Assembly (NCBI GenBank): GCA_963664705.1
Contig: OY761556.1
Coordinates: 5,568,001-5,632,000, forward strand
Source: Acidobacteriota bacterium
GTDB lineage: Bacteria; Acidobacteriota; UBA6911
Direction of reading: 5' to 3'
DNA length: 64,000 nt
In this document: positions 1-10,784 of the stretch, one piece after another
Numbering within the stretch: position 1 is the first letter of the stretch
Layout: the number at the start of each line of letters is the position of its first letter
Translations under genes and position numbers: made by a program
The notes under the pieces: model-generated
Told to the model about the DNA's origin: nothing
Seen by the model: the letters and a program-made list of their open reading frames with translations, nothing else
The model's database searches: none

Positions 1-742
1 GCGCGGCCGTAACACCGGAACCACAATAGCAGATCACATTTTCCGTGGGAACAGATTTTACCAGGTTTTCAAAGCGCTGACACAGGGCGTCTCGGGAAAG
101 AAACTTGCCTTCTGAAGTGACGTTGTTTTCGCAAGGCGCGGACACGGCACCCGGGATGTGCCCGGCAACCGGATCGATCGGCTCCAGCTCCCCACGGAAC
201 CGAGGAGTGCTCCTAGCATCGAGAAGGATATAGCGGGCGTCTTTTCGATATTCCTCCACCTGTTCTGCCGTTACCCAGATGCCTGGGACTTCATGCGGTT
301 CGAATTGTCTGCGCGGGCGGCTTTCCATGCCGGTGCGTTTGGGCAATCCGGATCGTTGCCACTCGCTCCATCCGCCGTCGAGCAATGCCACGCTTGTGTG
401 TCCCAGCCAGTTGAGAAGCCACCAGAGACGAACTCCCATGGTTCCAGTGGCATCATCATAGATAACCACCTGCGTCCGAGCATCGATTCCCCACGAGGAC
501 AGCGTTTCCGTCATCACAGGGATTTGCGGCAGAGGATGGCGCCCCGTTTTGCCTGGAACTTTGGGCGCCGACAGATCATTATCCAGGTGCGCGTACACGG
601 CACCGGGGATGTGCGAAGCCAGATAATCGTTGCGTCCGCGTTCCACGTTATCCAGCGAAAAGCGGCAGTCGACGATAGCCCAATCGGGGTCGTTTAAGTG
701 AAGATGCAGTTCTGAAGCCGGGAGCAGTGTTGTCCATGTCAT
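1..742 (-). CDS. sseA: Tandem-rhodanese sulfurtransferase (SseA/3-mercaptopyruvate type), 3' end outside window
   Basis: Not in the ORF track; manual translation from ATG at 742 gives MTWTTLL...HIPGAVY...GRHPLP...RFRGELEPIDPVAGHIPGA...CYCGSGVTAAR (active-site loop CGSGVTA). Confidence 0.9.
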   Translation of the reverse strand, partial: MTWTTLLPASELHLHLNDPDWAIVDCRFSLDNVERGRNDYLASHIPGAVYAHLDNDLSAPKVPGKTGRHPLPQIPVMTETLSSWGIDARTQVVIYDDATGTMGVRLWWLLNWLGHTSVALLDGGWSEWQRSGLPKRTGMESRPRRQFEPHEVPGIWVTAEQVEEYRKDARYILLDARSTPRFRGELEPIDPVAGHIPGAVSAPCENNVTSEGKFLSRDALCQRFENLVKSVPTENVICYCGSGVTAA

Positions 743-893
743 GGTCCAATGATAGGGCAGCCGGGACTTCAAAGCAAACGAAGGTCGCGATCTAGAGGGC
801 CGGCGGTCCAGGTCCTTGGCGAATGGCCCAAAGAATCCTTTGAGCCTGTACCCCCCACCGCTGTTACAATAGCGCTGCAAAGGAGAAACACTC

Positions 894-1868
894 ATGAGAC
901 GTCGTGACTTTCTGAAACACTCTGCAGCCGGGGCTGCAATATCCATGTTTGGCCGTGCAGCATCGTCTGCGGTTGCCGCGGATCCGATAGCGAAGGTGGC
1001 TTTGGTCAAAACAAACGATCGGGCGCAAGGCATTGCGGATGCCCTGAAACTGATCTCATTCGCTTCGCCCAAAGGCAAGAAAGTCCTGATCAAACCCAAC
1101 TTCAATACTGCCGACCCCACGCCGGGATCGACCCATAACGATACGCTTCGGCAACTCGCCCTGGAAATGAAAGCCCGCGGTGCCTCCCACCTGACCATCG
1201 GGGACAGTTGTGGCCCGGGCAATACAAAACAGGTCATGGAGAAGAAGGGAATTCCCGCGCTGGCCAGCGAACTCGGTATCGATGTGGTCAATTTCGAGGA
1301 GCTTCCTGCGGATGGCTGGAAACAGTGCAATCCGGCGGGATGCCATTGGAAGGACGGTTTCAGCATAGCCAAACCGGTCACCGATGCCGAGTTTCTGCTT
1401 TGGACCTGCTGCCTGAAGACACACGGCTTCGGCGGAGTACACAGCATGTCGCTGAAGCTGGCCGTGGGCGTAACCAATAAAAACATCCGGATGCAGATGC
1501 ACCAGTCTCCGGATATCCGCAAGATGATCGCCGAACTTCACCAGGCATTCACGCCGCAGCTTGTCGTTATGGATGGATTGGACATATTTGTCGACGGCGG
1601 CCCGATGACCGGAAAACTGGTCAACGCCGGAGTGATCATTGCCGGAACGGATCGGATTGCCATTGACGCCGTCGGCCTGGCCGTTCTCAAAAATCACGGC
1701 AGCAACCCGGCCATCATGGACACGAAGATCTTTGCGCAGGAACAGATCGCGCGCGCCGCGGAGCTTGGCCTGGGCGTAAAATCGCCGGATCAGATCGAGA
1801 TCGTCACCGGCGATGCGCAAAGCAAGGAATACGCCGGTAAATTGAAGGAAATTCTGGCTCGCGGCTAA
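894..1868 (+). CDS. Tat-exported DUF362-domain protein
   Basis: RRDFLK twin-arginine signal; VLIKPN, LKTH, SLKLAVG and D-x-IAID motifs; AGGAG RBS. Confidence 0.85.
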   Translation: MRRRDFLKHSAAGAAISMFGRAASSAVAADPIAKVALVKTNDRAQGIADALKLISFASPKGKKVLIKPNFNTADPTPGSTHNDTLRQLALEMKARGASHLTIGDSCGPGNTKQVMEKKGIPALASELGIDVVNFEELPADGWKQCNPAGCHWKDGFSIAKPVTDAEFLLWTCCLKTHGFGGVHSMSLKLAVGVTNKNIRMQMHQSPDIRKMIAELHQAFTPQLVVMDGLDIFVDGGPMTGKLVNAGVIIAGTDRIAIDAVGLAVLKNHGSNPAIMDTKIFAQEQIARAAELGLGVKSPDQIEIVTGDAQSKEYAGKLKEILARG

Positions 1869-1937
1869 AAACCAGGGACGTCTCCCCTGCAGGATTTCGA
1901 TTCCGGAGTCGGATCCCGAAATTGAAATCCTGGAGGT

Positions 1938-3317
1938 CTAGGCGGGTGGGTTATAGGTTCGCAGGATATCCCAGAATGCACCGCGATGACCTTTTTGAAT
2001 GGCATCCACCAGCCGTTGGTTGGAATTGTAATTGTAGTTTTGATCAGGCTTTGAAGGATCCAGAAAGAGAAATCGTCGGTCGTCTCCGATCCGCTCGCCC
2101 AAGAGTTCAAATATGCAGGAAGCGATAGCGGGCTCGAGAAAAAAGGAAGGCTTCAGCGGATCACCCTCTCCCATCCTGGCAGCAAGAACCGTTCCGGGGT
2201 AAATTCTCACGCCCAGCGTCACTCCGACACGCTCCGGGTCCGCATTCTTCATCAAGGCGACGGTCTGTTCGAGGCTTCCTCTGGTTTCGCCCGGCCCCCC
2301 CAAAAGCAGATCAAGCATAACCGCCATTCCTTCCTGCTTCGTCCAGCGAGTGCAATTCAGGATATCTTCCGGAGAGAAATTCCGGCCAAGGCTTTTCAGC
2401 ATCGCCTCACTGCCGTTGTCCGCTCCGAAATCTATTCCGACGCAACCGGCGTGACGCATCGCCGCTGCCAGTTCCTTCGAGAAACCGGCCGGGGAACAAT
2501 AGGCATACCAGCGCATCTTGGATCCCAGTCCGCGGCGGATGATTTCCCGGCAGACTTCCAGTGCGTGCCAGGCTGGAACATTGAATTCGCCGTCGCAGGT
2601 ATGCAGAGCAGTAATACCCAAATCAACCAGGCATTTCAGCTCGGCTGCTACCGCCGCAGGAGGACGGAGACGCACGGTTTTCCCTTTTGCTGCGGGATCG
2701 GCGCAATAGATGCAATCGGCCGAACAACCACGCTTGGTCTCAAACCCGGCCTGGCCGCCTTCCCGAAAATACCGCCGATTATCAATCCAGCCGCGGGTCA
2801 TGGCGGGAAGCTCTGCCAGCGATCTCCACTGCGGAGGATTGCGCCTCCACTGCCGGCCATCCGGCCAGACCAGGCTGGGCAGATCTCTCCATTCGCGCCC
2901 TGTCTCCAATCGGTTTGCCAGGTCGACGATAGTGAATTCACCTTCGCCCCAAATGCCCAGGGCGGATTCCGTCATGGAGAGAATCTGCTCGGGCATTACC
3001 GAGAATCCCACGCCGCCAATCACGATGGGCGCGTCTGTACTTTTTCGCACACACTTGGCCAGCTCAACAAATCCCGGAATGAAGGTCTGACAATCGATGA
3101 AGGAGCAGTCATCGGTATTGCGGAGAGTCATGCCGACGAGTTGATAGCTGGCTTTAGCAAAGAAGCTTTCGATAGATGCCTGAGGATTCTCTTCCCAGGC
3201 AAGATCCAGCAGTTCGATCGAATGACCGGCCGCGCCCAGTGCCTCGGCAACATAGTCCAGACCGATGGGAGCGATCGGAGGCTGCATTCGGTTCGTATTG
3301 ATCAGCGCAATATGCAT
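1938..3317 (-). CDS. Cobalamin-binding radical SAM protein
   Basis: N-terminal PIGLDYVA B12-binding region; RGCSADCIYC (CxxxCxxC). Confidence 0.9.
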   Translation of the reverse strand: MHIALINTNRMQPPIAPIGLDYVAEALGAAGHSIELLDLAWEENPQASIESFFAKASYQLVGMTLRNTDDCSFIDCQTFIPGFVELAKCVRKSTDAPIVIGGVGFSVMPEQILSMTESALGIWGEGEFTIVDLANRLETGREWRDLPSLVWPDGRQWRRNPPQWRSLAELPAMTRGWIDNRRYFREGGQAGFETKRGCSADCIYCADPAAKGKTVRLRPPAAVAAELKCLVDLGITALHTCDGEFNVPAWHALEVCREIIRRGLGSKMRWYAYCSPAGFSKELAAAMRHAGCVGIDFGADNGSEAMLKSLGRNFSPEDILNCTRWTKQEGMAVMLDLLLGGPGETRGSLEQTVALMKNADPERVGVTLGVRIYPGTVLAARMGEGDPLKPSFFLEPAIASCIFELLGERIGDDRRFLFLDPSKPDQNYNYNSNQRLVDAIQKGHRGAFWDILRTYNPPA

Positions 3318-3354
3318 GTAAGGCCAGGCACCACAGATCTCAGGATGTCCGCGA

Positions 3355-3861
3355 TTATCTTCCCAGGAAATTATCGATATTCTTCCGAAGCCGGGCGACT
3401 TCGGCGTCGCTCATCCACGGATTCGACAGATGGCGAAGGACCTCATCTTCGTCCATGCCAAGGCGCATCCCTTCCTCCACGGCCACCGCATACCCTTCAA
3501 TTTCAGTCGGGCGATCGACATAGTGAAGGCTGTGGTCCCAGATATCCTTGCCTTCCGCAAACTGTCGAAGGTGTGTCAATTCATGCATGAGATCCAGGTA
3601 CAAATCGAGCGGATTTGCCTGCCGGTAATACTCTTCGATCAGCGTGATGGCAGGTATTTTGATGTCCACCCAGCAATAGCCTTCTCCAGGCTTGATCCGG
3701 ACAAGAGCGCTTTCCAGCAGAGTCTTGATAGGAAGCGCCGCTGTTTCAATCCTCCGAACCGCGGGACTTTCCTCGGCCCGCGGCAGGAGGTTTCTATATG
3801 GATGCGTGCCGGCGCTCAACGTGCGAACAACAAGTGCAAATTCGGGCAATTCAATCGTCAT
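3355..3861 (-). CDS. Hypothetical protein with zincin-like HExxH motif
   Basis: HELTH followed by E-x-E-G-Y; same strand as its neighbours. Confidence 0.6.
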   Translation of the reverse strand: MTIELPEFALVVRTLSAGTHPYRNLLPRAEESPAVRRIETAALPIKTLLESALVRIKPGEGYCWVDIKIPAITLIEEYYRQANPLDLYLDLMHELTHLRQFAEGKDIWDHSLHYVDRPTEIEGYAVAVEEGMRLGMDEDEVLRHLSNPWMSDAEVARLRKNIDNFLGR

Positions 3862-3916
3862 GTCGAGATTGTGCCAGATTCCCCGCGACTCTGCGAGCCT
3901 TGGATTTCAGTTTTTC

Positions 3917-5191
3917 TTAATCCACGATGGACTGATACACAAGCGTCTGGAACTGGCTGATATTGGTCATATCGCTCGGCATTTGTTGTGTGAAATAGAT
4001 CGAGACCATGTCTTCTTTGGGATCGATAATGACATGGGTTGTGGCTGCGCCGCCCCATCCGAATTGACCCTGGGAGCCAAGATTCCCAGCGCCGGCAGGA
4101 CTGAGCAGAACGGACACTCCCAGTCCGTAGGCTGTACCGCCGATCATGCCGAGGTCGGGGATAGCCGGCGGTAGATTGTTCGAGGTCATCAATTCCACCG
4201 TCTTCCTTCCGAGCAGGCGGACGTTGCCGAGCTTGCCGCGACTCAAAAGCATCTGGGCAAAGCGGTAGTAGTCCATTGCCGTGGAGGACAGACTCAGACC
4301 TCCGAATGGCCGCTCGGTATAGCGGGCATAACTGCTGCTTTCCGGCTTATCGATCGGCTCGAGCTTGCCATCTTTCGGCGGACCATAGTTGGTTGTATAT
4401 CGGCCGATGTATTCCTTGGGTATGCCGAACACCGCATCTTTCATCCCCAGCGGCTGAATAATTTTGCTTTGGACATATTTGTCAAAACGCATCCCGGAGA
4501 AATACTCGACCAGGTAAGCCTGGACATCATGCGAAACGCTATAGACCCAGCGTTCTCCCGGCTGATAGAGAAGCGGAACCGTTGCCAGCTTGTCTACGAG
4601 CTCCTTCAGAGAATCCAACCTGGCGAAATCGATTCCGGCCGCCCGGTAAGCCTTGTCCACCGGATTTGTGTCGGTCATGCCGTACCCAAATCCCGCGGTA
4701 TGTCGGAAAACATCCTGGATCGTAATTTTGCGTTTCGGTTCTTCCAGGACCATGGCCCCTTTGTCATCGAGGCGGCTGAACACCTTCACATTCTTGAAGG
4801 CAGGCAGGTATTTTTCGAGTGGATCTGAAAGCTGAAATTTCCCCTCTTCGTACAACATCAGAAGAGCAGCGCTGGTCACCGGCTTGGTCATCGAGTACAA
4901 ACGGAAAAGAGAGTCGGTCTGCATTTTTTTCCCGGATTCGATGTCAGCCATTCCAAATGCTTTGTGGTATACCACCGCTCCATGACGCGCGACGAGAAGA
5001 ACGATCCCCGCGGTTTTCTTCTTGTCGATATTCTCCTGCATAACCTGGGTCAGCCGCGCAAGCCTGTCTGTCGACAGCCCCACGGATTCAGGCGCGACAG
5101 CTTTCTGATCTCCCGCCCATCCGGGCATAGACATAATTCCTAAAACAATCACAGACTGGAGAAAAACGGCGATGAGTCGAATGCATCGCAT
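3917..5191 (-). CDS. Secreted serine hydrolase, beta-lactamase class C-like
   Basis: Signal peptide; SMTK (SxxK), HTAG, PGERWVYS and WGG motifs; start placed at MRCIRL after a GGAGG RBS. Confidence 0.9.
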   Translation of the reverse strand: MRCIRLIAVFLQSVIVLGIMSMPGWAGDQKAVAPESVGLSTDRLARLTQVMQENIDKKKTAGIVLLVARHGAVVYHKAFGMADIESGKKMQTDSLFRLYSMTKPVTSAALLMLYEEGKFQLSDPLEKYLPAFKNVKVFSRLDDKGAMVLEEPKRKITIQDVFRHTAGFGYGMTDTNPVDKAYRAAGIDFARLDSLKELVDKLATVPLLYQPGERWVYSVSHDVQAYLVEYFSGMRFDKYVQSKIIQPLGMKDAVFGIPKEYIGRYTTNYGPPKDGKLEPIDKPESSSYARYTERPFGGLSLSSTAMDYYRFAQMLLSRGKLGNVRLLGRKTVELMTSNNLPPAIPDLGMIGGTAYGLGVSVLLSPAGAGNLGSQGQFGWGGAATTHVIIDPKEDMVSIYFTQQMPSDMTNISQFQTLVYQSIVD

Positions 5192-5366
5192 ACGTACCTC
5201 CCTGGGGTCAGACTTCATGGAATAGGAATCTGAAACAAAACCGGAACTGATACAATCAGAGAATATCCAATTTAGTAAAAAATATTAAAACCTTTTTATG
5301 GGGACGGACGTCTAATAAAGGAACTGTTGCTTTCCAGAATACCTTTTTTGCTTCTTCGGAGGCCTG

Positions 5367-6620
5367 ATGTTTGTTTGCGTCCGACAGCGCTTTGCGTTTT
5401 TGGCGATGCTTCTTTTTGCGTCCGGGGGCTGCACGCGGCCATCGCCGCAACAGGGCTTTTCCGCAGCCCATGCATCTGAAACCATTACGGTGAAACGCGG
5501 CAACTTCCGACGCGTCGCGCGCCTGAGCGGGAGTGTCAGTGCGACGGAATCCTTTTCCGTGCTCGCGCCGCGTCTCTCCGGACAGATGATGGGTTCGGGA
5601 ATGATGGTCATAACCGGGATTGTGCGTAATGGCATGACTGTCCACAAAGGCGATGTCCTCGTCGAATTCGATCGCCAGGCCCAGCTCAAGAACATACTGG
5701 ATCGCCAGGCGGAGTGCGATGGACTGAATCAGCAGATCCGGAAAAAGCAGGCCGACCAGGTTTCTGCGCGGCTTTCGGATGAGACCGACATCAAATCCGG
5801 GGAAGTCGATGTCCAGATTGCGCTCGTGGAAATGCGCAAAAATGATGTCATCCCGCGATACCAGGCCGAGATCAACAAGGCAAATCTGGCGGAAGCCGAA
5901 GCCGGGTTGAAGCAGTTGAAGGAAACCTTTGCTTTGAAGCGCAAAGCGGAAGCCGCAGATATAAGAATTCTGGAAATTCAGCGGGACCGCGCACTGAAAG
6001 CGCTGGAATACGCAAAGGGCAATGTGGAAAGAATGACCATCCGATCTCCTATGGATGGCCTGGCTGTATTGACTCCCACCGTCAAGGGAACTCGCACGAT
6101 GGATCCGCAGGAAGGGGATGAGGTAAGGCCCGGTTCGGGCATCATGCTCGTAGTGAATCCATCCTCGATGCAGGTTTCAGCGCGAGTCAACCAGGTCGAT
6201 GTATGGGAGGTGCGCGTCGGGCAGGCTGCGGAGGTCCGCCTGGAGGCGTATCCGGACCTGGTCTTTCCTGGAAAAGTGGAGCGCATCAGCGCCATGAGCA
6301 CCACCAGCTCCAATTCGAAACGCATTCGCTATTTTTCCATAGCCATTTCGATCCAGGGACGAAATCCCAAGCTTCTTCCGGATCTGACGGCTGCGGTGGA
6401 TATCCGGTTGCAGGACCGAGGGAATGCGTTGCTGCTTCCGCGGGAGGCCGTGACAATAGAGAACGGCCAGGCATCGGTGGCGATTGCAGCCAATGGAAAA
6501 ACGGAACGGCGGACAATCAAAACAGGGCCGGCGAATGACAGTGAGGTTGTGGTGGAATCCGGGTTGGATGAAGGCGCCGCTGTCCTGCTGGAAGCATCCG
6601 CGGTTAGCAGGTCAAACTGA
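5367..6620 (+). CDS. Efflux periplasmic adaptor (membrane fusion protein) 1
   Basis: V-x-KGDVLVEFD lipoyl half-motif, coiled-coil hairpin, IRSPMDG, C-terminal SGL-x-EG. Confidence 0.88.
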   Translation: MFVCVRQRFAFLAMLLFASGGCTRPSPQQGFSAAHASETITVKRGNFRRVARLSGSVSATESFSVLAPRLSGQMMGSGMMVITGIVRNGMTVHKGDVLVEFDRQAQLKNILDRQAECDGLNQQIRKKQADQVSARLSDETDIKSGEVDVQIALVEMRKNDVIPRYQAEINKANLAEAEAGLKQLKETFALKRKAEAADIRILEIQRDRALKALEYAKGNVERMTIRSPMDGLAVLTPTVKGTRTMDPQEGDEVRPGSGIMLVVNPSSMQVSARVNQVDVWEVRVGQAAEVRLEAYPDLVFPGKVERISAMSTTSSNSKRIRYFSIAISIQGRNPKLLPDLTAAVDIRLQDRGNALLLPREAVTIENGQASVAIAANGKTERRTIKTGPANDSEVVVESGLDEGAAVLLEASAVSRSN

Positions 6621-6802
6621 ACAGCATGTCGATATTATTTGCAAAAAAGACGTGCCCGAATGGGAACCGTGGCGTGAGGCAGCTTGCTGCCGCCATTGGA
6701 AACCATCAAAGCCGAAGGCGAGTGCAAGCCATCGCACTCCAAAGGGCTTCGAAACGGCGGCGCACCCGGTGTGAATGAATTCGAAAATGAGAAACTGAAT
6801 TT

Positions 6803-8077
6803 ATGAGTCCCGTCACAAGAAAACGGAAATGGATGAAGGTCAGCCTTTGGTGCATTCTCCTGGCCGGAATCGCCTTGGGCGGATACCTGCTCAATGCCAG
6901 GCGAAGCACTGCTAAAACCCCGCCCGTTCCTTCCGCGGAGGTCAAACTGGGAGACTTCGTCGACTATATCGAATTGCGCGGAGAAATTGCCGTTCGCGCC
7001 TCCACGGTCATCGCCGCTCCGTATAACACCGGCGATCTCCAGATTCTGAAGCTTGCGCGCAATGGCAGCCAAATCCAGAAGGGGGATGTTGTTGTCGAAT
7101 TTGACCCTTCCACCTTACAGCGCACCGCAGATCAGTCCCGCGCCCAGCTGCGGCAGGTTGAAGCCGAGATTGCACGGGCGAATGCCCAGCAACGCCTGGC
7201 GGAAGAGCAGATCAAGACCGAGATGATGACGGCCCGGTTTCAGAGGGAACGAGCGCAGCTGGATGCAAGCACCGGTGAGGTAGTGCCGAAAATCGAAAAT
7301 GAAAAAAACGCGCTTGCTCTCGCCAAGGCCGAACATAAGCTGCGCGAGCTGGACAGCCGGATGGCATCCAGGAAGGTCGGGCTGGAAGCCGACCTGGCGG
7401 GGATCAACCGGCGGCGGGATAAAGCCAAGGCGGATCTGGAGCAGACCGAGAAGAACATGTCGGCGCTGACTCTGACTTCTCCGACCGCCGGGATCATCAC
7501 CATGCTTCCAAACTCCAGGGCCCGCACAAACCTCCTGGGAGGCGGTTCGACGCCGGTCTTCAAGGAAGGAGACCGCGCCTATGCGGGCGCTGCAATTGCG
7601 GAGATCCCGGATCTCTCCACGATCCAGGCGAAAGCGCCTGTATCGGAGACAGATCGCGGACGCGTGCAGACGGGACAGACCGTCCTGTTGAATATCGAGG
7701 CGGTGCCGGATAAAGAACACAAAGGCCGTATCAATAATATCAGCCCGCTCGCAAAGGTGGACTATTCGAGTCTTCCGATAAAAAAGAACTTTGATTTATC
7801 GGTGGAACTCGAAAACCCCGACCCGAGACTTCGGCCCGGCATGACGGCCACGCTGCGCATCGAGGCGGAGCGTGTACCGAATGCACTTGTGATTCCGGCA
7901 GACTCCGTGTTTATGAAGAATGGTCAGGCCGTTGTCTATGTGCTTCGAGACGGGCTCTATCATGCGCGCTCCGTGACCCTGGCAAGACGGGGTGTCGGGA
8001 ATGTTATGGTATCGCGCGGTTTGAGCGCCGGTGAGCGCATTGCCCTGAAAGATCCGGAGCCAGCCTCCGGAAAATAG
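6803..8077 (+). CDS. Efflux periplasmic adaptor 2
   Basis: N-terminal TM; KGDVVVEFD; LRPGMTA; GLSAGERI. Confidence 0.9.
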   Translation: MSPVTRKRKWMKVSLWCILLAGIALGGYLLNARRSTAKTPPVPSAEVKLGDFVDYIELRGEIAVRASTVIAAPYNTGDLQILKLARNGSQIQKGDVVVEFDPSTLQRTADQSRAQLRQVEAEIARANAQQRLAEEQIKTEMMTARFQRERAQLDASTGEVVPKIENEKNALALAKAEHKLRELDSRMASRKVGLEADLAGINRRRDKAKADLEQTEKNMSALTLTSPTAGIITMLPNSRARTNLLGGGSTPVFKEGDRAYAGAAIAEIPDLSTIQAKAPVSETDRGRVQTGQTVLLNIEAVPDKEHKGRINNISPLAKVDYSSLPIKKNFDLSVELENPDPRLRPGMTATLRIEAERVPNALVIPADSVFMKNGQAVVYVLRDGLYHARSVTLARRGVGNVMVSRGLSAGERIALKDPEPASGK

Positions 8078-8108
8078 TCCTATTCCGTAATGTGACAAAA
8101 GATCGGTT

Positions 8109-9461
8109 ATGTTTATAAAATCCATCCGAAATTTGGTCCTGGTTGCCATCCCGCTTTTCAGTGCCTCCTGTTCATACCTTGGCGATGTCACAGGCCTGCA
8201 GCAGGCACAGATTCGAATTCCATCGGCGAAAGTTGCTCGAGGCCCGATCGAAGTAAGGGTCCACGGACTCGGCGAATTGCGTCCCGGTCAAACATCAACC
8301 ATCGTAGCGCCGCCCATGTCCGGGGGATTGCTGCAGATCATCCATTTGGTCAAGACCGGCACACGGGTCAAAAAAGGGGATGTGGTGGTCGAGTTCGATC
8401 CGAGCGAGCAGGAGTACAACCTGGAGCAAAGCCAATCGCAGCTTGAGGAAGCGGATCAGCAGATTGCAAAGATGAAGGCCGATCAGGCCGTCAAAGCGGC
8501 GCAGGATAAAGTCGCGCTGCTGAAGGCGCAGTACAGCGTGCGCCGCGCCGAATACAAAGTCCAGGGGAACGAGCTGCTGGGCGCCATTGAGGCGAAGAAG
8601 AACCTGATAGACCTGGAGGACGCGAAGCGCAAATACGAGCAGCTGCAGCGCGACACCCAGTCGCGGGCGAGCGCGGATGTCGCGGACCTGGCGATGCAGA
8701 GCGCCTCCCGGATGCGGGCCCAGATGGGAATGAAGATGGCCCAGCAGAATATCGACAACATGATCTGGAAAGCACCAGCGGACGGAGTGGTGGTGTTGGG
8801 ACAGAACCTGGAGGCGCTTGTGTCGGGCAGCGGATCCATCCGTGTATACAGCGGGATGGAAATTCCCGAATTCAAAGAAGGGGACCAGGTCTATCCTGGT
8901 CGCCTGGTCGCGCAGATACAGGGAACAAGCGAGCTGGAAGTCCTTTCCAAGGTGCTTGAAACAGACCGTGGCAACCTCAGCCCCGGACAGCCCATTGAAA
9001 TGTGGATGGATTCGATGCCGTCTAAATCGTTTTCGGGCAAGATCAAATCCTTGGCCACCTCCGCTTCGGATGCGTCTTCCGCCGACACCACCTCGGACTA
9101 CCTGGAAGCGTTGTCGACGCGCAGCTTTGATGCGGTGTTTGAAGTCGATGGCAAAGGGGAGCCATTATATATGGGCTCCAGCGTCCGTTTCATCATCAAG
9201 GGAAACAGCATGCAGGATGTCCTGTCGATTCCGCGCCAGGCCGTATTCCAGAAGGACTCCAAGCCGGCCGTTTATGTGCGGCGCGGCGAGCAATGGGAAT
9301 CGAATGAAATCAGGATCAAATATCTTACCGAGAGCCGCGCGGTGATTGATGGCATTGCCGAGAATGCGGAGGTGGCCCTGGTGAATCCTGATCTGCAGAA
9401 GGACAAAGTGAAGTCTCAAAAGGGTGCGCTGGCATCATTCCTGGGAGGATCAGCCCAATGA
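8109..9461 (+). CDS. Efflux periplasmic adaptor 3
   Basis: Possible lipoprotein signal; VKKGDVVVEFD; KAPADG. Confidence 0.88.
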   Translation: MFIKSIRNLVLVAIPLFSASCSYLGDVTGLQQAQIRIPSAKVARGPIEVRVHGLGELRPGQTSTIVAPPMSGGLLQIIHLVKTGTRVKKGDVVVEFDPSEQEYNLEQSQSQLEEADQQIAKMKADQAVKAAQDKVALLKAQYSVRRAEYKVQGNELLGAIEAKKNLIDLEDAKRKYEQLQRDTQSRASADVADLAMQSASRMRAQMGMKMAQQNIDNMIWKAPADGVVVLGQNLEALVSGSGSIRVYSGMEIPEFKEGDQVYPGRLVAQIQGTSELEVLSKVLETDRGNLSPGQPIEMWMDSMPSKSFSGKIKSLATSASDASSADTTSDYLEALSTRSFDAVFEVDGKGEPLYMGSSVRFIIKGNSMQDVLSIPRQAVFQKDSKPAVYVRRGEQWESNEIRIKYLTESRAVIDGIAENAEVALVNPDLQKDKVKSQKGALASFLGGSAQ

Positions 9462-10750
9462 AGGCTCTGGGAGCGGAGGGACAAAAAGTCCGGTATCGAA
9501 GAAGGAAGTTGCTCCCGGATTGGGGCCTGGCATTGCGCAATCTCGCCTCGCGCAAGCTTCGATCGCTGCTGACCATGCTTGGCATGATTTTCGGAGTGGG
9601 CGCGGTTGTTTCCATGCTGTCCATCGGTGCCGGGGCGCAGCAGCAGGTGCTCGCCTTTATTGAACAGTTGGGCGTCCGAAATCTGATCGTTGAAGCGAAG
9701 GACATTAACGACACGGAGGAACTGGTCAAACTTCGGAAAACGTCCCCCGGCCTTTCCTTCAAGGACCTGCGCGTAATCCGAACCAATATCGCCGGGGTCA
9801 ATGCCTCGACGCCGAGGAAGACTCTCACTCCCACAAATCTGTTTCCCAAGTCCAAGCTCGACATGCCGACTGTCTACGGCGTGGAGCCGCAATTCCAGCT
9901 CATCGCGGGGCTGCGCATGGTTGCGGGGCGGTTCTTTACCGTGGAGGAGAATGACCAGAGACGGCCGGTCTGCGTTCTGGGAGAAGGCGCGAAAGCCAAC
10001 CTGTTTCCGCAGCGGGAGGCAGTGGGCGAAAACATAAAGATCCAGGACCAGTGGTATCACGTCATCGGCGTGTTGGGAGGCCAACTGGTCTCCCAGGGAG
10101 AGGTTTCCGGAGTGAAGACGCAGGACTTGAACAACCTCATCTACATGCCGATCAACAGCATGATTTACCGGATGGAAGGGAATCGCAGTTATCTGAAAGA
10201 TGAGATAGACGGCATATATCTGCGGCTGGATAAGGATGCGGATGTTCCGGTTACTGCGGACATGTTGCGGGGCATATTGAATACAGCGCATCGGAACGCG
10301 AGTGATTTCAGCCTGATCGTTCCCGCCGAACTGCTTGCCGAAAAAAAACGCGCGCAGCGGATTTTCGAAATGGTCATGGTGGCGATCGCGTCCATTTCTC
10401 TTCTGGTAGGCGGCATCGGGATCATGAACATCATGCTTGCCAGCATTCTCGAACGTACGCACGAAATCGGCGTGCGCAGGGCAGTGGGCGGACGCAAGCG
10501 CGATGTGCTGCACCAGTTTCTGGTGGAAGCCATACTGATTTCTTTTGTGGGAGGTTTGCTCGGGATCGCCTGCGGGTTTGGCCTCTCGCGCCTGGTCGCC
10601 GTAATGGCCGGGTGGTCGACGATTATTACCGTGAACTCTATATTGCTGGCCTTTATCGTCTCGGTCTCGGTCGGGCTGATTTTCGGAATCTATCCTGCGG
10701 CGAAAGCCGCGCGCCTCGACCCCGTGGAAGCTCTCCGCCACGAGGGATAA
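9458..10750 (+). CDS. MacB/FtsX-type ABC transporter permease (no fused ATPase)
   Basis: RSLLTMLGMIFGV, GGIGIMNIML...ERTHEIGVRRAVG, YPAAKAARLDPVEAL. Confidence 0.92.
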   Translation: MKALGAEGQKVRYRRRKLLPDWGLALRNLASRKLRSLLTMLGMIFGVGAVVSMLSIGAGAQQQVLAFIEQLGVRNLIVEAKDINDTEELVKLRKTSPGLSFKDLRVIRTNIAGVNASTPRKTLTPTNLFPKSKLDMPTVYGVEPQFQLIAGLRMVAGRFFTVEENDQRRPVCVLGEGAKANLFPQREAVGENIKIQDQWYHVIGVLGGQLVSQGEVSGVKTQDLNNLIYMPINSMIYRMEGNRSYLKDEIDGIYLRLDKDADVPVTADMLRGILNTAHRNASDFSLIVPAELLAEKKRAQRIFEMVMVAIASISLLVGGIGIMNIMLASILERTHEIGVRRAVGGRKRDVLHQFLVEAILISFVGGLLGIACGFGLSRLVAVMAGWSTIITVNSILLAFIVSVSVGLIFGIYPAAKAARLDPVEALRHEG

Positions 10751-10784
10751 GAGCAGTCATGTATTCCCGCAATGCGTGGCTGCT

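Noticed and set aside
158-697. 179-aa + strand ORF
   Set aside because: Shadow of the minus-strand sulfurtransferase, which has clear motifs.
9416-10741. 441-aa minus-strand ORF, and similar long antisense ORFs at 2451-3590, 23282-24424, 28202-29137 and 33144-34400
   Set aside because: Antisense shadows of well-supported genes in GC-rich DNA, with no recognisable motifs.
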